Assembly (NCBI GenBank): GCA_012518235.1
Contig: JAAYSY010000245.1
Location: 1-56,317, forward strand
Direction of reading: 5' to 3'
DNA: 56,317 nucleotides
Origin: Bacteroidales bacterium
GTDB taxonomy: Bacteria > Bacteroidota > Bacteroidia > Bacteroidales > Bacteroidaceae
The translations under genes were made by a program, and so were the position numbers. The notes under the pieces were generated by a model that saw only the letters and a program-made list of their open reading frames with translations, had not been told where the DNA came from and did no database searches. Shown here piece by piece: positions 1 through 9,513 of the stretch (position 1 is the first letter of the stretch; the number at the start of each line of letters is the position of its first letter).

Positions 1-59
1 CACTTGCCCTAGGCAAACCAGCCACTTGCCCTAGTCAAATAATTAGTTTGACTAAACTA
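1..59. repeat. 22-bp-period repeat, core TG.CCTAG.CA (copy A, probably truncated by the window edge)
   Basis: Cores tgccctaggca (5-15), tgccctagtca (27-37) and degenerate tgactaaacta (49-59). CACTTGCCCTAG is repeated exactly at 1-12 and 23-34. Confidence 0.75.
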
Positions 60-90
60 CGATTAAAGTGCTATAACTAAGAATTAAAAG

Positions 91-1359
91 TTATCGCACT
101 AACCAAAGTTCTGGATTTAATTTTACTGTTTCTTTTCGTAATTGAAAATGAAGAATAGTGCGACTATTATCACTTTCATCCGAGTAAATTTTTCCTAGTT
201 TTTGTTTTGTACTGACCTCATCTCCGGATTTAACAAAAGCTTGAGATAAATTACAGTAAACAGAAATATAATTTCCATGCCTAACTAAAATATTAAACAA
301 TCCATTAAATTCGAAAACAGCAGCCACCTTACCCGAAAATACAGAAAGAGCCTCAGCCCCAGGTTGACCCTGAATATCAACTCCCTTATTATCTAACTTG
401 ACATTCCTTAACCCCTCCACATTATATTGTCCATAACGACTAACTATTATATAAGGAGTAGAAATAGGAATTGGCAAGCGTCCTCGATTATTAACAAAAC
501 TACCAGACAAACGTTGATCTGCAGGAGTCATTATAAATTCACCCATAGGTGTCTTTTCTATAACTTTTTCTTTATCTTCTTTCTTTACTTCTTTTTTCCT
601 TTCTTTTTCTGCAATTTTCCTTGCCTTTTCCAACTCCTCCTCTATTAACTTATCAATTCTATCATTTAGCTTATTTGCTTCAGCACGTTTTTTATTAACT
701 TCTTTCTGCAAGTCCTTTTGTCTACGCTGTAAACTACCAACTAAAGTCCGCTTTTGATTTTCTTGTTTTTCTAGTTTAGCTGCTTCATCTTGACGTGCAA
801 TAATTAAAGCCCTTTTTGTCTGACGTGTCTTCTCTAACTCTAACTTCTTCCCTGTAATCTCCTTTTGCTTCAGCAATATTTCCTCCCCTTGTTTTTGCTG
901 ATGCATTCCATACTCTTTAACATAACGCATTCTTCTATAGGTTTGAGCTAAAGATTCGGCGGAAAATATAAACATTAATTTATCTTGAATTGTACGATTC
1001 TTTTGTAAGTATCTAACAGATTTAGCATAATGATCCCGTTTGATCTTTAATTCATTTTCCAATTCGACTAATTGATGATTCAATGAAGATATCTCATTCT
1101 CTAATGCATCAACATCAGCATTTAGCTGTAAAATCAAACGCTTTCTCTCTTCAATTTGTCCTGAGAGTGTGGCCAAACTATTAAGTTGCCCACCCACATC
1201 TTTTTTTGTTGTTTTTAGCAGGTTTTCAGTTTCTTGTATCTGCCGCTGGATCACCTTTCGTTGACGCTCCAGCTCTTTTATGAAATCACTAGTCTGTCCT
1301 ACCAATGATAGAGGAAAAACTAAACAAAACAATACTGTGAATAGCGCTTTATTATTCAT
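91..1359 (-). CDS. envC: Murein hydrolase activator EnvC family (coiled coil plus degenerate M23/LytM domain)
   Basis: Signal peptide, long coiled coil, C-terminal M23-like domain (NKGVDI, VRHGNYISVY, LHFQLR, NPELWL) lacking the full set of Zn ligands. Confidence 0.8.
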   Translation of the reverse strand: MNNKALFTVLFCLVFPLSLVGQTSDFIKELERQRKVIQRQIQETENLLKTTKKDVGGQLNSLATLSGQIEERKRLILQLNADVDALENEISSLNHQLVELENELKIKRDHYAKSVRYLQKNRTIQDKLMFIFSAESLAQTYRRMRYVKEYGMHQQKQGEEILLKQKEITGKKLELEKTRQTKRALIIARQDEAAKLEKQENQKRTLVGSLQRRQKDLQKEVNKKRAEANKLNDRIDKLIEEELEKARKIAEKERKKEVKKEDKEKVIEKTPMGEFIMTPADQRLSGSFVNNRGRLPIPISTPYIIVSRYGQYNVEGLRNVKLDNKGVDIQGQPGAEALSVFSGKVAAVFEFNGLFNILVRHGNYISVYCNLSQAFVKSGDEVSTKQKLGKIYSDESDNSRTILHFQLRKETVKLNPELWLVR

Positions 1360-1933
1360 AAAGATTTATTTGATTTATAAAATCATCTTCACTAACCCAA
1401 TTATAACTCTTTGGTACTTTCGTTTGAAATAGCTCAATAGGCTCTAGGTTTACACGCTCTATAAATAAATCATACCCACTAAAAGCAGAAAGCCCTAATT
1501 TATCACCACTAATTTTACCTTTTTTACCAGACTGCAAAGTCAGATAAAGGATTTCCTCCAACTCTTCAAAACTCACTAATTGGGGAAATACACCTTTCAG
1601 TTTTACATAGGATAGCTCCACATACTCCTTATCAAGCCTATTAAATAGTTCTATTTTAGTAGGGGAAAACTCTACTCGCATCGCCTCAGACTGCACAAAA
1701 GGCACTCTAAATGATAATTGTATCTTACACCCTTTTACCCATCGCATAACACCACGAGCCTTTTGTTTCTTCTTAAGTGTATCATCCCAATAAAAGGTTT
1801 CTACGCGAGAGGATAAAGAAGGTACCTCTTTCAATTCATGCATAGGAAACAGCTGATGAGACGTACTACATGATATAAAAAAAACAAAAACACCTAAATA
1901 AAACACGAAGCGATATGAAACTAAATTCTTCAT
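1352..1933 (-). CDS. DUF4292-like lipoprotein (possible LolB-like fold)
   Basis: Lipobox-like FISC; IQLSFRVPF..EAMRVEF...NRLDKEY pattern; position between TPR and envC genes; overlaps both neighbours. Confidence 0.6.
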   Translation of the reverse strand: MKNLVSYRFVFYLGVFVFFISCSTSHQLFPMHELKEVPSLSSRVETFYWDDTLKKKQKARGVMRWVKGCKIQLSFRVPFVQSEAMRVEFSPTKIELFNRLDKEYVELSYVKLKGVFPQLVSFEELEEILYLTLQSGKKGKISGDKLGLSAFSGYDLFIERVNLEPIELFQTKVPKSYNWVSEDDFINQINLYE

Positions 1934-3702
1934 TTAGTAAAATACTTTTTCTTCTTAATTTTCTTTTTTAATAACTTTGAATCCCCACCCAACTCTTCAG
2001 CCTCCTTCCAAAACTCTACAGCTTGCTCTTTATCTCCATTAAAAAAATAGATATCTCCACAGTGTTCAACTACAACATCATTTTTATCACCCCCATTTTT
2101 ATAAGCATCATCAATATAAATCTTTGCTTCTACATAGTTTTTCTTTTGAAACAATATCCATGCATAGGTATCTAAGAAAGTTGAATTTTTAGGCTCAGCT
2201 TTTATTGCTTTATAGCTCATTTCCTCAGCTTTATCTAATTCTCTATTTTCTACTGATAAAAAATAAGCATAATTATTTAGGACACTTATATTTTCATCAA
2301 AATAGATGAGTGCTGAATCATAAGCAGCAAAAGATTTCTCTATTTGATTTAACTGATGATATACATCCCCCATAATAGAGTAAAAATCAGAGGTCACCTC
2401 TTTAGGTGTTGACTCATCGACTTGTTGTAACGCCTTTTTAATCACATCAATAGTTTCCTCTAATCGGTTTGATTGATTATAAGCAATAGCAAGGTAAAAA
2501 TAAAACTCTATCGTTTCAGGAGTAGCAATAATACCTGGCTCACATATGTTAATAACCTCTTCAAAATCGTTATCTTGTACAGCAACACCTAACAACATCA
2601 TCCGTGCGGCCTTATTCAAAGGATTAATATGTAGCACTTTTCTTAATAGTGGTTTTGCTTTTTGATTATCTTTTTTGGACAACAAATATTGAGCATAAAA
2701 GAGAGGTATCTGCTCTTCCTCTAAGTTTGCTTGAAGTGCTTTATCAAATGCATTTGCAATATTTAGACTATCTGCTTCACTAGTATCACCTTTAGAAATA
2801 ATCATTCTAAGAATACTTATTTTAATTTCGGGCAATACTTTTTCATTGCCTAGTAATAAGTCTATTTGCTCATCATACTTCTCACTATTACCCTCTTGCT
2901 CATAATAAGTAGCCAAAGAAAGAAGAGCCATAACATTACTAGGTTCTTCAGTTATAACCTTCTCGTAAATAGAATAAGCTTCTTCTTTTTTACCAATCTG
3001 CAACAGAACATCACCTAGCAATACTTTATAACGCAAATCACTAGGATACTCACTTACTAGAGCCTCAATTTCAGCCAAAGCTTTTTCTTCGTCTTCAAAC
3101 TGTAAATAGATTCGAAACTTCTCCATACTCATTTGTTCAGATTTACCTAATTTATCCTCTAAACGGTCGAGTACTAATAGCATTTTATCGTAACTTTCAG
3201 ACTGATTATAAAGATCAAGCAAAGCAAAAAGCATATCCATTTTCTCAGGAAACCACTCTATCATATTCTCAGTTAATTGAATCGCTTCCTCCTGTTTACC
3301 TTGTTGTTGATATAAACCCACTAAAGTCTGAGCATACCAATAATTTGTTGAATCCATTGCAACAACTTGCTCAATACCCTGAAGTGCTTTATCAAAATCA
3401 CCCATTTGAGCTTCCAACATAGCCAACTCATACATTGCTGCAGGTTGTTTAACTAAAGAGGTACAATACGAAAACAAATCGTAAGCAACATCATAGTTGC
3501 CTTTAAACTTTTGATTCAATCCTTCTAGGTAAAAATAATCATGTTTTTGTTGCAACTCTGTCGACACAAGTCCCATTTTTATCTCTTTATAACCTAAAGC
3601 ATCCTTAGCTATTAATGCTCCAGGATAATAAAAGAAAAAGAGAAGAGCAATCCACAAAAAAACATTGTATTTATTTACTATTTCATTTTTTACATCTTGC
3701 AT
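1930..3702 (-). CDS. Exported tetratricopeptide-repeat protein
   Basis: Many TPRs, LNNYAYFLS and FLDTYAWILF motifs, N-terminal hydrophobic segment. Start moved to ATG 3702, just past the dut stop. Confidence 0.85.
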   Translation of the reverse strand: MQDVKNEIVNKYNVFLWIALLFFFYYPGALIAKDALGYKEIKMGLVSTELQQKHDYFYLEGLNQKFKGNYDVAYDLFSYCTSLVKQPAAMYELAMLEAQMGDFDKALQGIEQVVAMDSTNYWYAQTLVGLYQQQGKQEEAIQLTENMIEWFPEKMDMLFALLDLYNQSESYDKMLLVLDRLEDKLGKSEQMSMEKFRIYLQFEDEEKALAEIEALVSEYPSDLRYKVLLGDVLLQIGKKEEAYSIYEKVITEEPSNVMALLSLATYYEQEGNSEKYDEQIDLLLGNEKVLPEIKISILRMIISKGDTSEADSLNIANAFDKALQANLEEEQIPLFYAQYLLSKKDNQKAKPLLRKVLHINPLNKAARMMLLGVAVQDNDFEEVINICEPGIIATPETIEFYFYLAIAYNQSNRLEETIDVIKKALQQVDESTPKEVTSDFYSIMGDVYHQLNQIEKSFAAYDSALIYFDENISVLNNYAYFLSVENRELDKAEEMSYKAIKAEPKNSTFLDTYAWILFQKKNYVEAKIYIDDAYKNGGDKNDVVVEHCGDIYFFNGDKEQAVEFWKEAEELGGDSKLLKKKIKKKKYFTK

Positions 3703-3706
3703 AGTC

Positions 3707-4141
3707 TCACTTGTTACCTGTATGTCCAAAGCCACCTTCTCCTCTTTCGGTTTCATCTAATTCGTTAACAAGCTCCCAACAGGGTTGCTCATGAGCAGCA
3801 ATTACCATTTGAGCAATACGCTCACCATCATTAACTACAAAATCCTCTTTGGATAAATTAATTAACACAATACATAATTCTCCACGATAATCTGCATCAA
3901 TAGTCCCAGGAGAATTCAATACAGTTATTCCTTTTTTTATTGCTAATCCACTACGTGGACGTATCTGAGCTTCATAGCCTTTGGGTAAAGCGAAAAACAA
4001 ACCTGTTGGTATTAAACACCTTTCCAGTGGCTCTAATATGACAGGTTCTTTTAAGTTTGCGCGAATATCCATTCCTGCGGATAAATCAGTTTCATATTGT
4101 GGCAATGGATGAGAAGATTTATTTATTACTTTTATTTTCAT
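3707..4141 (-). CDS. dut: dUTP diphosphatase
   Basis: Motifs [36 protein letters not shown]. Confidence 0.98.
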   Translation of the reverse strand: MKIKVINKSSHPLPQYETDLSAGMDIRANLKEPVILEPLERCLIPTGLFFALPKGYEAQIRPRSGLAIKKGITVLNSPGTIDADYRGELCIVLINLSKEDFVVNDGERIAQMVIAAHEQPCWELVNELDETERGEGGFGHTGNK

Positions 4142-4296
4142 AGAGAATCGTTATCTTTATATTTTTAGAATCTATTTCAATCAATGTATTTAATGACGAA
4201 AATAGACAATTTGACTCAATAACACACTGCTTTTCTCGTTAAATAGTTAAAACTGATTGAGACAGGTAAGAAGTAATATTCGATAAAAAGAACTAT

Positions 4297-5619
4297 ATGA
4301 ATTGGGAAAACTTACTTTCAACTACTCGCTTCGGTTTAGAAAGCTTTGAAAGAAAAAACAAAGAGAATCGATCCGAATTTCAACGTGATTATGATCGTCT
4401 TATTTTTTCTGCACCCTTTAGACGACTACAAAATAAAACACAGGTTTTTCCACTACCCGGAAGTGTTTTTGTTCACAATAGACTAACGCATAGCTTAGAG
4501 GTTTCATGTGTAGGGCGATCACTGGGCAATGATGTAGCTAAACAGTTGATTGAAAAAAGTCCATCACTTGAACAAACACTTTTACCAGAAATAGGAAGTA
4601 TTGTTTCCGCTGCTTGTCTGGCCCACGATTTAGGTAATCCTCCTTTTGGACATTCAGGAGAAAAAGCAATAGCTACTTATTTTTCAGAGGGAGAAGGTCA
4701 GAAAATACAAAACCTAGTATCTAAAGAGGAATGGCAAGACTTAACTCACTTTGAGGGAAATGCAAATGCTTTTCGTCTCTTAACCCACCAATTCAATGGA
4801 AGAAGAAAAGGAGGTTTTGTTATGACCTACTCAACCTTAGCCTCTATTGTGAAATACCCTTACTCATCACTCTCTACTGACAAACAAAAGTTTGGATTTT
4901 TTAATACGGAAATAGAAAGCTTTAAGCGAATTGCTGATAAACTTAAAATAAAATCACTAAATAGTAATCCTATTCAATATGCACGCTACCCCTTAGTTTA
5001 TCTTGTTGAAGCCGCCGATGATATTTGTTATCAAGTAATGGATATTGAGGATGCGTGTAAGTTAAAAATACTTTCAGTTAAAGAAACACAACAACTTTTA
5101 CTTAACTTCTTTCCTATAAACAGACAAGAAGAAATGAAGTCTCATTTCAAATTTATAACAGATACAAATGAACAAATAGCTTATCTTAGATCGTCAGTCA
5201 TTGGTCTTTTAATACGAGAATGCATAAAAGTGTTTGTGAATAATGAAGCTGAAATTTTACAAGGATGTTTCAATTCAACTTTAATAAAGTCAATAAGCGA
5301 AAAACCACTTACAGCATATAAGCAGTGTAGTAAGATGGCTCAAGAAAGAATTTATAACTCTCAGGATGTTGTAGATGTAGAAATTGCAGGATACAAAATC
5401 ATAACAAATCTATTAGATTTAATGATACATGCTGTATTAAACCCTCAAAAAGCCTACTCCAAATTATTAATAAATAGAGCTTCAAAACAATATAATATGT
5501 ACGCTTCTACTCCGTTTGAACGAATTCAATCTGTACTGGATTATATTTCAGGAATGACAGATGTCTTTGCATTAGATCTATACCAAAAAATTAACGGAAC
5601 CTCCCTGCCCTCTATTTAA
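4297..5619 (+). CDS. dgt: Deoxyguanosinetriphosphate triphosphohydrolase (HD family)
   Basis: FRRLQNKTQVF, HNRLTHSLEV, AHDLGNPPFGHSGE, EAADDICY, DYISGMTD. Confidence 0.95.
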   Translation: MNWENLLSTTRFGLESFERKNKENRSEFQRDYDRLIFSAPFRRLQNKTQVFPLPGSVFVHNRLTHSLEVSCVGRSLGNDVAKQLIEKSPSLEQTLLPEIGSIVSAACLAHDLGNPPFGHSGEKAIATYFSEGEGQKIQNLVSKEEWQDLTHFEGNANAFRLLTHQFNGRRKGGFVMTYSTLASIVKYPYSSLSTDKQKFGFFNTEIESFKRIADKLKIKSLNSNPIQYARYPLVYLVEAADDICYQVMDIEDACKLKILSVKETQQLLLNFFPINRQEEMKSHFKFITDTNEQIAYLRSSVIGLLIRECIKVFVNNEAEILQGCFNSTLIKSISEKPLTAYKQCSKMAQERIYNSQDVVDVEIAGYKIITNLLDLMIHAVLNPQKAYSKLLINRASKQYNMYASTPFERIQSVLDYISGMTDVFALDLYQKINGTSLPSI

Positions 5620-5641
5620 CTAAAAAGCCTCAACTTCACTC

Positions 5642-6643
5642 TTAATTAATCTTCTTTTTCAAAATTGAACAAGCACTCATTTCTTGTGTAGATTGAACTT
5701 GAAAATTATTAGGATTTTCTTTTATAAATGACTCTATATGGCGCATTCTTTTTTCTTCAAGTATTTCATCGACAGTGATTAAAATACCTGTTTCTTCTAC
5801 ATTTCCAAAAGTCTCGTTTATAGCCGTGCCAAACATACGCATTGTTGGACTAAGACTCATATATGCGTTAACTAATGGAGGAATATTGTACCCAAGATTT
5901 CTAATTTCTGTGTTAAGAATTCTATAATCATCTTTGAAGTTTTCTTCACAGAATAACTTCTCTAACTCTTTTTCATTTTCTTTAATATCAAGAGGTTCAA
6001 TAGGATAAAGTAATTTGTCTTTATCAGCAAAGTGCTTTCTTAAAAAGAAAAGAATCATATCTCTTCCTTTTGTGTGATAGCTAGGATACATCGTCACTTT
6101 ACCAAAGAAGTACTTAACATTGGGCATGATTACAGTTAAAGCACCAAGACCATCCCAAAGATTATCTAAAGCAAATATTGCTTTCCTTCCTGCACGGGTT
6201 GACTGATACTCCAAGGTAACAAAAGATCGGCCGAGTTCTATTGTCTTAGGTAAATAGTTTGTTATAAATTTATCAGAAAAATGAAACATATGTGAAGTAG
6301 CTAGTATAGGTACACCACTCTCATCAAGCTGAACATCTGTTCCAAGCAAGTAACGGTACCCCCCTATGATTTGTTTGTCTTCTGGGTCCCATACAATAAG
6401 TTGCTTGTAGCCATTTTCCATTGTGTCGTACTCGTCAATATCGCAATCTTTTCCAGTACCACCTCCAGCAGCACGAAACGCAATTTCACGTAAACGGCCA
6501 ATTTCTTTCATCGTATTAGGAGAGTCTTTAGCCGTAACAATATATATATCATTTTGACTTCTATTTGTCATACGAAGACGCTTACTCTCCGTTAACTCCT
6601 CTACTATTAAGCTTTTATCTATCGGTTGTATAATATCTTCCAT
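5642..6643 (-). CDS. glsB: GNAT-fold N-acyltransferase (OlsB-like; probable glycine-lipid synthase GlsB/ChoA)
   Basis: EIGRLREIAFR, IIGGYR, IELGRSFV, IPPLVNAY. Paired with a PlsC-type acyltransferase divergent from mraZ, the arrangement known for Bacteroides glsAB. Confidence 0.75.
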   Translation of the reverse strand: MEDIIQPIDKSLIVEELTESKRLRMTNRSQNDIYIVTAKDSPNTMKEIGRLREIAFRAAGGGTGKDCDIDEYDTMENGYKQLIVWDPEDKQIIGGYRYLLGTDVQLDESGVPILATSHMFHFSDKFITNYLPKTIELGRSFVTLEYQSTRAGRKAIFALDNLWDGLGALTVIMPNVKYFFGKVTMYPSYHTKGRDMILFFLRKHFADKDKLLYPIEPLDIKENEKELEKLFCEENFKDDYRILNTEIRNLGYNIPPLVNAYMSLSPTMRMFGTAINETFGNVEETGILITVDEILEEKRMRHIESFIKENPNNFQVQSTQEMSACSILKKKIN

Positions 6644-6664
6644 TTTTATTCTGTGTCCGTATTG

Positions 6665-7489
6665 TCACTTATTTAACTGATATACAATCTTTCTAACTTC
6701 TTGAGCCCACTCTTGTGGTTTTTTACTATTATCAAACATCTTCCATGGTATTGGTTTACCAACAACAACTCGGAAAGACTTGTGCCTATTTTTCAGCATT
6801 TCATCTGCCAAATATAACATAGCTATATTGAACTTTATGCCTAAAAACTTACAAATAGTTGATAAATTATAAAAAAAGTATGAATTCCTACCCCCAAAAT
6901 GAATTGGGACCACATCTCGTTGGTGTTCTACACTTTTAGTTATAAATGTTTTTGACCAAGGAAGGTCTTGAATAACACCATCAATTCGCCTAGAACATAA
7001 TCCTGCAGGAAACATAATCAATTGATTTTCCGAAGAAAAACCCGCCTCTACCATACGTGGAAAATCTCGAGACTGCTGCCCTGTCTTATTGATAGGAATA
7101 CATAATGGTGCCAAACCTTGTAAATTCATCAACAAATCATTTACTAAGTATTTAACATTTCCATTGTATTTTTCCCCTAAAATATAACCTAATGCTACTC
7201 CATCTTGACCTCCCAATGGATGATTAGAAACAAATGTATATAACTTATCATTTGGAATTTCATCTAACCCCTCTACCTCAAGGTCCATATCGAGAAAAGA
7301 AACACAAGACTCTAAAAAGTCCACACCCTTTTTCCCCTCGACTTTTTTCAAAAACTCATTTAACTCATCTTGGTGAGCAATTCGTTTCAAGTACGAAATA
7401 GCAAATTTAGGTATGTACTTATAATACTTCTGAGCTTTGTCTTGTAATATTTTGTCAATATCAATTAAAAACAAAGATTCTTTATCCAT
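6665..7489 (-). CDS. glsA: PlsC-family O-acyltransferase (probable GlsA/ChoB)
   Basis: NHPLGGQD (HX4D) and FPAG motifs. Start moved to ATG 7489, downstream of a TAATTTTG element at 7521-7514. Confidence 0.75.
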   Translation of the reverse strand: MDKESLFLIDIDKILQDKAQKYYKYIPKFAISYLKRIAHQDELNEFLKKVEGKKGVDFLESCVSFLDMDLEVEGLDEIPNDKLYTFVSNHPLGGQDGVALGYILGEKYNGNVKYLVNDLLMNLQGLAPLCIPINKTGQQSRDFPRMVEAGFSSENQLIMFPAGLCSRRIDGVIQDLPWSKTFITKSVEHQRDVVPIHFGGRNSYFFYNLSTICKFLGIKFNIAMLYLADEMLKNRHKSFRVVVGKPIPWKMFDNSKKPQEWAQEVRKIVYQLNK

Positions 7490-7717
7490 CCTTTTGAAGT
7501 CATAGTTAAGTAGCAAAATTAAGCTATCTTTTTTAATTACATAGAATTTTTGCTGATAAAATACCTTCACACTCGTTTCACTCTTTAAAATACTTAACTA
7601 TTCAACCCCACTTTAGTTAATCTTCCATAAAACAACACCTTCATAAACATCAAAAGAAATAAACGATTCTAAAAAAGTCTCATCCTAAACTGTTGAAAAC
7701 TTCTTGATAAATATTAG

Positions 7718-7758
7718 GTGGTAAAAGGTGGAGAATTGTGGAGAATTGTGTATTTTTA
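7718..7758 (+). promoter_or_regulatory. MraZ operator: four GTG(G) boxes at a 10-bp period abutting a -7-like element
   Basis: GTGG at 7718, 7728 and 7738, GTGT at 7748, then TATTTTTA (7751-7758), about 30 bp before mraZ. Confidence 0.85.
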
Positions 7759-7786
7759 CCTCTCACATATATTAAGGTGTTAAAGC

Positions 7787-8245
7787 ATGCGATTTTTAGG
7801 TAACATAGAAGCTAAAATTGACTCCAAAGGAAGAGTTATTATTCCTGCTATTTTTAGAAAAAAAATAGCAGAAGAGCAACTTATTCTACGAAAAGATATA
7901 TTTCAAGATTGCCTTGTTTTCTATCCAGAAGAGATATGGAATCAAGAGCTTGAAGAACTAAAAAAACGGCTTAATAAGTGGAATAAAAAACATCAACTCA
8001 TCTATAGACAGTTTGTTAGTGACGTAGAAATACTAACAGTTGATGCAAATGGTAGAGTTTTAATACCTAAAAGATATCTACAACTTGCAAATATTGAAAA
8101 TGAAGTTCGATTTATTGGAATGGATGAGAAAATTGAATTGTGGGCTTCCCATGATGATATAGATAGCCCATTTATGACACCTGAAGATTTTGGTAAAGCA
8201 ATAGAGGAGTTAATGAAAACTGAAACAATAAAAGAGGATGAATAA
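7787..8245 (+). CDS. mraZ: Transcriptional regulator MraZ
   Basis: Two DxxGRxxIP motifs (DSKGRVIIP, DANGRVLIP); first gene of the dcw cluster. Confidence 0.97.
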   Translation: MRFLGNIEAKIDSKGRVIIPAIFRKKIAEEQLILRKDIFQDCLVFYPEEIWNQELEELKKRLNKWNKKHQLIYRQFVSDVEILTVDANGRVLIPKRYLQLANIENEVRFIGMDEKIELWASHDDIDSPFMTPEDFGKAIEELMKTETIKEDE

Positions 8246-9152
8246 AAACGAAACTTACCACACCCCTGTTTTATTCAATGAAAGCATTGATGGATTGAAC
8301 ATTAACCCCGAAGGCGTTTATGTGGACGTCACTTTTGGTGGTGGTGGTCACTCCAAAGGAGTATTAGAAAAGCTCACCTCAAAAGGTCATTTATATAGCT
8401 TTGATCAAGATAGTGAGGCGAAAAAAAACATGATTAATGATTCTCGTTTTACTTTTATAGGAAGCAACTTTAGATACATCCAGAATTTTCTAAAATATCA
8501 TGGGGTAACTCAGGTTGATGGAATTTTAGCTGACCTCGGGGTATCTTCTCACCATTTTGATGAAAAAGACAGAGGTTTTTCATTTCGACTGGGAGGAAGT
8601 TTAGATATGAGAATGAATCAAAAATCAAAAAAAACAGCTGAAGAGATCTTAAACTCATATACAGAAGAAAGTCTGGCTGACATTTTATTCAGATATGGTG
8701 AACTAAGAAATAGCCGAAGAATAGCGTCTTTACTGGTAAGAGAGAGAGAAAAAAACAGAATAACCTCAATAGAAGAACTTATTCAGATTATCAAACCTTT
8801 ATTTAAAGAAAGTAGACTACAAAAAGACTTAGCTAAAGTGTTTCAAGCATTACGTATTGAAGTCAATGAAGAGCTACTAGCACTAGAGGAAATGTTACTT
8901 TCTGCAGAACATCTTCTAAAACCTGAAGGAAGGTTGGTTGTTATTACTTACCACTCGCTAGAAGATCGAATAGTAAAAAACCTAATGAGGTCTGGTAATG
9001 TAAAGGGGATTGTAGATAAAGACTTTTTTGGGAATATTATTACTCCATACAAGGTGATTACAGGACGTGTTATAACTCCTACAGAAAAAGAGTTAAAGCA
9101 AAACACAAGAGCAAGAAGTGCTAAATTAAGAATTGCAGAAAAAATAGGTTAA
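8238..9152 (+). CDS. rsmH: 16S rRNA m4C1402 methyltransferase
   Basis: HTPVL, DVTFGGGGHS, DLGVSS, FQALRIEVN, YHSLEDRIVK, RARSAKLR. Confidence 0.98.
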   Translation: MNKNETYHTPVLFNESIDGLNINPEGVYVDVTFGGGGHSKGVLEKLTSKGHLYSFDQDSEAKKNMINDSRFTFIGSNFRYIQNFLKYHGVTQVDGILADLGVSSHHFDEKDRGFSFRLGGSLDMRMNQKSKKTAEEILNSYTEESLADILFRYGELRNSRRIASLLVREREKNRITSIEELIQIIKPLFKESRLQKDLAKVFQALRIEVNEELLALEEMLLSAEHLLKPEGRLVVITYHSLEDRIVKNLMRSGNVKGIVDKDFFGNIITPYKVITGRVITPTEKELKQNTRARSAKLRIAEKIG

Positions 9153-9155
9153 AGT

Positions 9156-9500
9156 ATGAAAATCAAAACAGATAAAAACAGCAAACAGAAACCCAGAAAC
9201 ACCTGGAGATCTTTTATTGCAGGAGATATCCTCACTGATGATTTTTTTAAAAAGCATGCGGGGTTATTTTTCTTAATTTTTATAATGATAGTCATATATA
9301 TAAGTAATCGCTATACTTGTCAACATAAACAATTGGAAATAGAAAAATTAAGAGAGGAGCTTGTTGATATCAAATATGAAGCATTAACAAAAAGCTCTGA
9401 GCTTATGGAGAAAAGTCGACAATCAAAAATAGAAGAATACATATCAAGAGGTTCTAGTAAGTTGGAAACTGCTACAACCCCTCCTTATTTAATAAAGTAA
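9156..9500 (+). CDS. ftsL: FtsL-like cell division protein
   Basis: One transmembrane helix plus coiled coil, between rsmH and the PBP gene. Confidence 0.8.
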   Translation: MKIKTDKNSKQKPRNTWRSFIAGDILTDDFFKKHAGLFFLIFIMIVIYISNRYTCQHKQLEIEKLREELVDIKYEALTKSSELMEKSRQSKIEEYISRGSSKLETATTPPYLIK

Positions 9501-9513
9501 GAGTTTTTATGAT

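Noticed and set aside
1-59. CRISPR array interpretation of the left-edge repeat
   Set aside because: An 11-bp core and 22-bp period are far below CRISPR repeat-spacer sizes, orientation is mixed in the second copy, and no cas genes are present.
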